Shown: positions 63,077-64,000 of the stretch, piece after piece
Position numbering within the stretch: the first letter of the stretch is position 1
Layout: each line of letters begins with the position of its first letter
Source: an uncultured archaeon
GTDB lineage: Archaea; Asgardarchaeota; Lokiarchaeia; Sigyniarchaeales; SOKP01
Length of the DNA: 64,000 bases
Reading direction: 5' to 3'
Assembly: GCA_964486045.1 (NCBI GenBank)
Contig: CAZALK010000002.1
Coordinates: 96,001-160,000 of the forward strand
Position numbers and translations under genes: made by a program
Notes under the pieces: model-generated
The model's input: only the letters and a program-made list of their open reading frames with translations
Told to the model about the DNA's origin: nothing
Database searches by the model: none

Positions 63077-63478
63077 CTATTTAAAAAATAGAAGTAAATC
63101 CTCTTTTGATATTTCTTGACGATGTTTTTGGTCTTCCCATAGTTTACGATAAATATAGAAGAATTCATATAGGTCTAATTCAATAGAAGAATAGATTAAA
63201 ATACCGTCTTCAATAATATGAATCTTTATATATAATGGTAATTCGTTAAAAAGGCGAATGTCATATCTATTAGAATCAACATTGATATTTTGTAATATGA
63301 ATGAAATTAGTTGATGAGGCTCTTCATTAGGTGCTACTATACACATGTCAATATCGCTTCTATTTGTATTTTGACTTTTGCTATAAGAACCGAATAATAA
63401 AATTCCTAAAATATCCTTCTTTTCTATTACATATGTAAAATCATTGTAAATTTGCTCTAGCAATTCTTTTTTAACCAC
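63077..63478 (-). CDS. mntA: MNT antitoxin (minimal nucleotidyltransferase)
   Basis: LLFGS..RSDIDMC motif. Confidence 0.85.
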   Translation of the reverse strand: MVKKELLEQIYNDFTYVIEKKDILGILLFGSYSKSQNTNRSDIDMCIVAPNEEPHQLISFILQNINVDSNRYDIRLFNELPLYIKIHIIEDGILIYSSIELDLYEFFYIYRKLWEDQKHRQEISKEDLLLFFK

Positions 63479-63894
63479 TCTTTAGCTTTCACCTTAAAAC
63501 TTTGAAAATCCTTAAGAAGATTTTTTAAACTATTATATGCTATCTCATTGTCCAAACCATTATAGTCATGAACAATTCTATTTCTTAGACCATTTGCTTC
63601 TCGGAGTTTTGCAGCCAAATCTAGATTAACAATATTTTTATTTTTAATTATATTTATATTAGAATAGTCGTCTTTGGGAATCAATTTTAGATCTTTTACT
63701 ATCATCGCTACTAAATCAGTAATGATATCAATTCCGATTTGAAAAGCGTGATAAATTCCATATTGTTTTTGTAATTCTAAACGATCTCTAAACTCTTTTG
63801 AATCTATATTTTTCGTCCAATCCTTTAGGTGTTCTATCGTTTGATTTAAATATTCTAATTTTCCACTATATCGTTTTATTCTTTCTTCTTCCAT
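63457..63894 (-). CDS. hepT: HEPN (DUF86) toxin
   Basis: LRNRIVHDY motif. Confidence 0.85.
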   Translation of the reverse strand: MEEERIKRYSGKLEYLNQTIEHLKDWTKNIDSKEFRDRLELQKQYGIYHAFQIGIDIITDLVAMIVKDLKLIPKDDYSNINIIKNKNIVNLDLAAKLREANGLRNRIVHDYNGLDNEIAYNSLKNLLKDFQSFKVKAKEWLKKNC

Positions 63895-64000
63895 TCTATT
63901 AATATATTTTTTTTCTATCTATTTTAATTTATTGAATTATCTCATGAAGTCTTCAATTTTCTTTAGTTTATTGAAAAATTAGATTCTAATTTATTATTAC

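Overview
AT-rich archaeal chromosomal window whose gene content resembles Asgard archaea of the Lokiarchaeia type; this taxonomy is an inference from the longin-like domain, vWA-RING protein, Loki-style LRR family and multi-PAS kinases. The window holds core anaerobic redox genes: mvhD-like, a FwdF-FrhB fusion, korAB, fwdG-F-D-B-C without fwdA, mvhG/mvhA-like, hdrC, two hdrB and fdhD. It also holds an intein-containing class II ribonucleotide reductase, housekeeping enzymes, three multi-PAS histidine kinases, two LRR proteins and four toxin-antitoxin pairs. The main finding is that fwdB is interrupted inside its Fe-S motif by a 29-nt segment (39224-39252). This segment folds into a bulge-helix-bulge/loop, and cutting it at the canonical tRNA-splicing-endonuclease positions restores the frame and the motif CPFCGTLCDD, so it is a candidate mRNA intron in an Asgard protein-coding gene. 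Other findings: at least three genes appear to start at ATT behind strong SD motifs, and accessory cassettes have accumulated next to core genes, each leaving displaced duplicates of the host gene end with no integrase visible. No tRNA, rRNA or CRISPR array was recognised. All product calls come from motif recognition by eye, not database searches.
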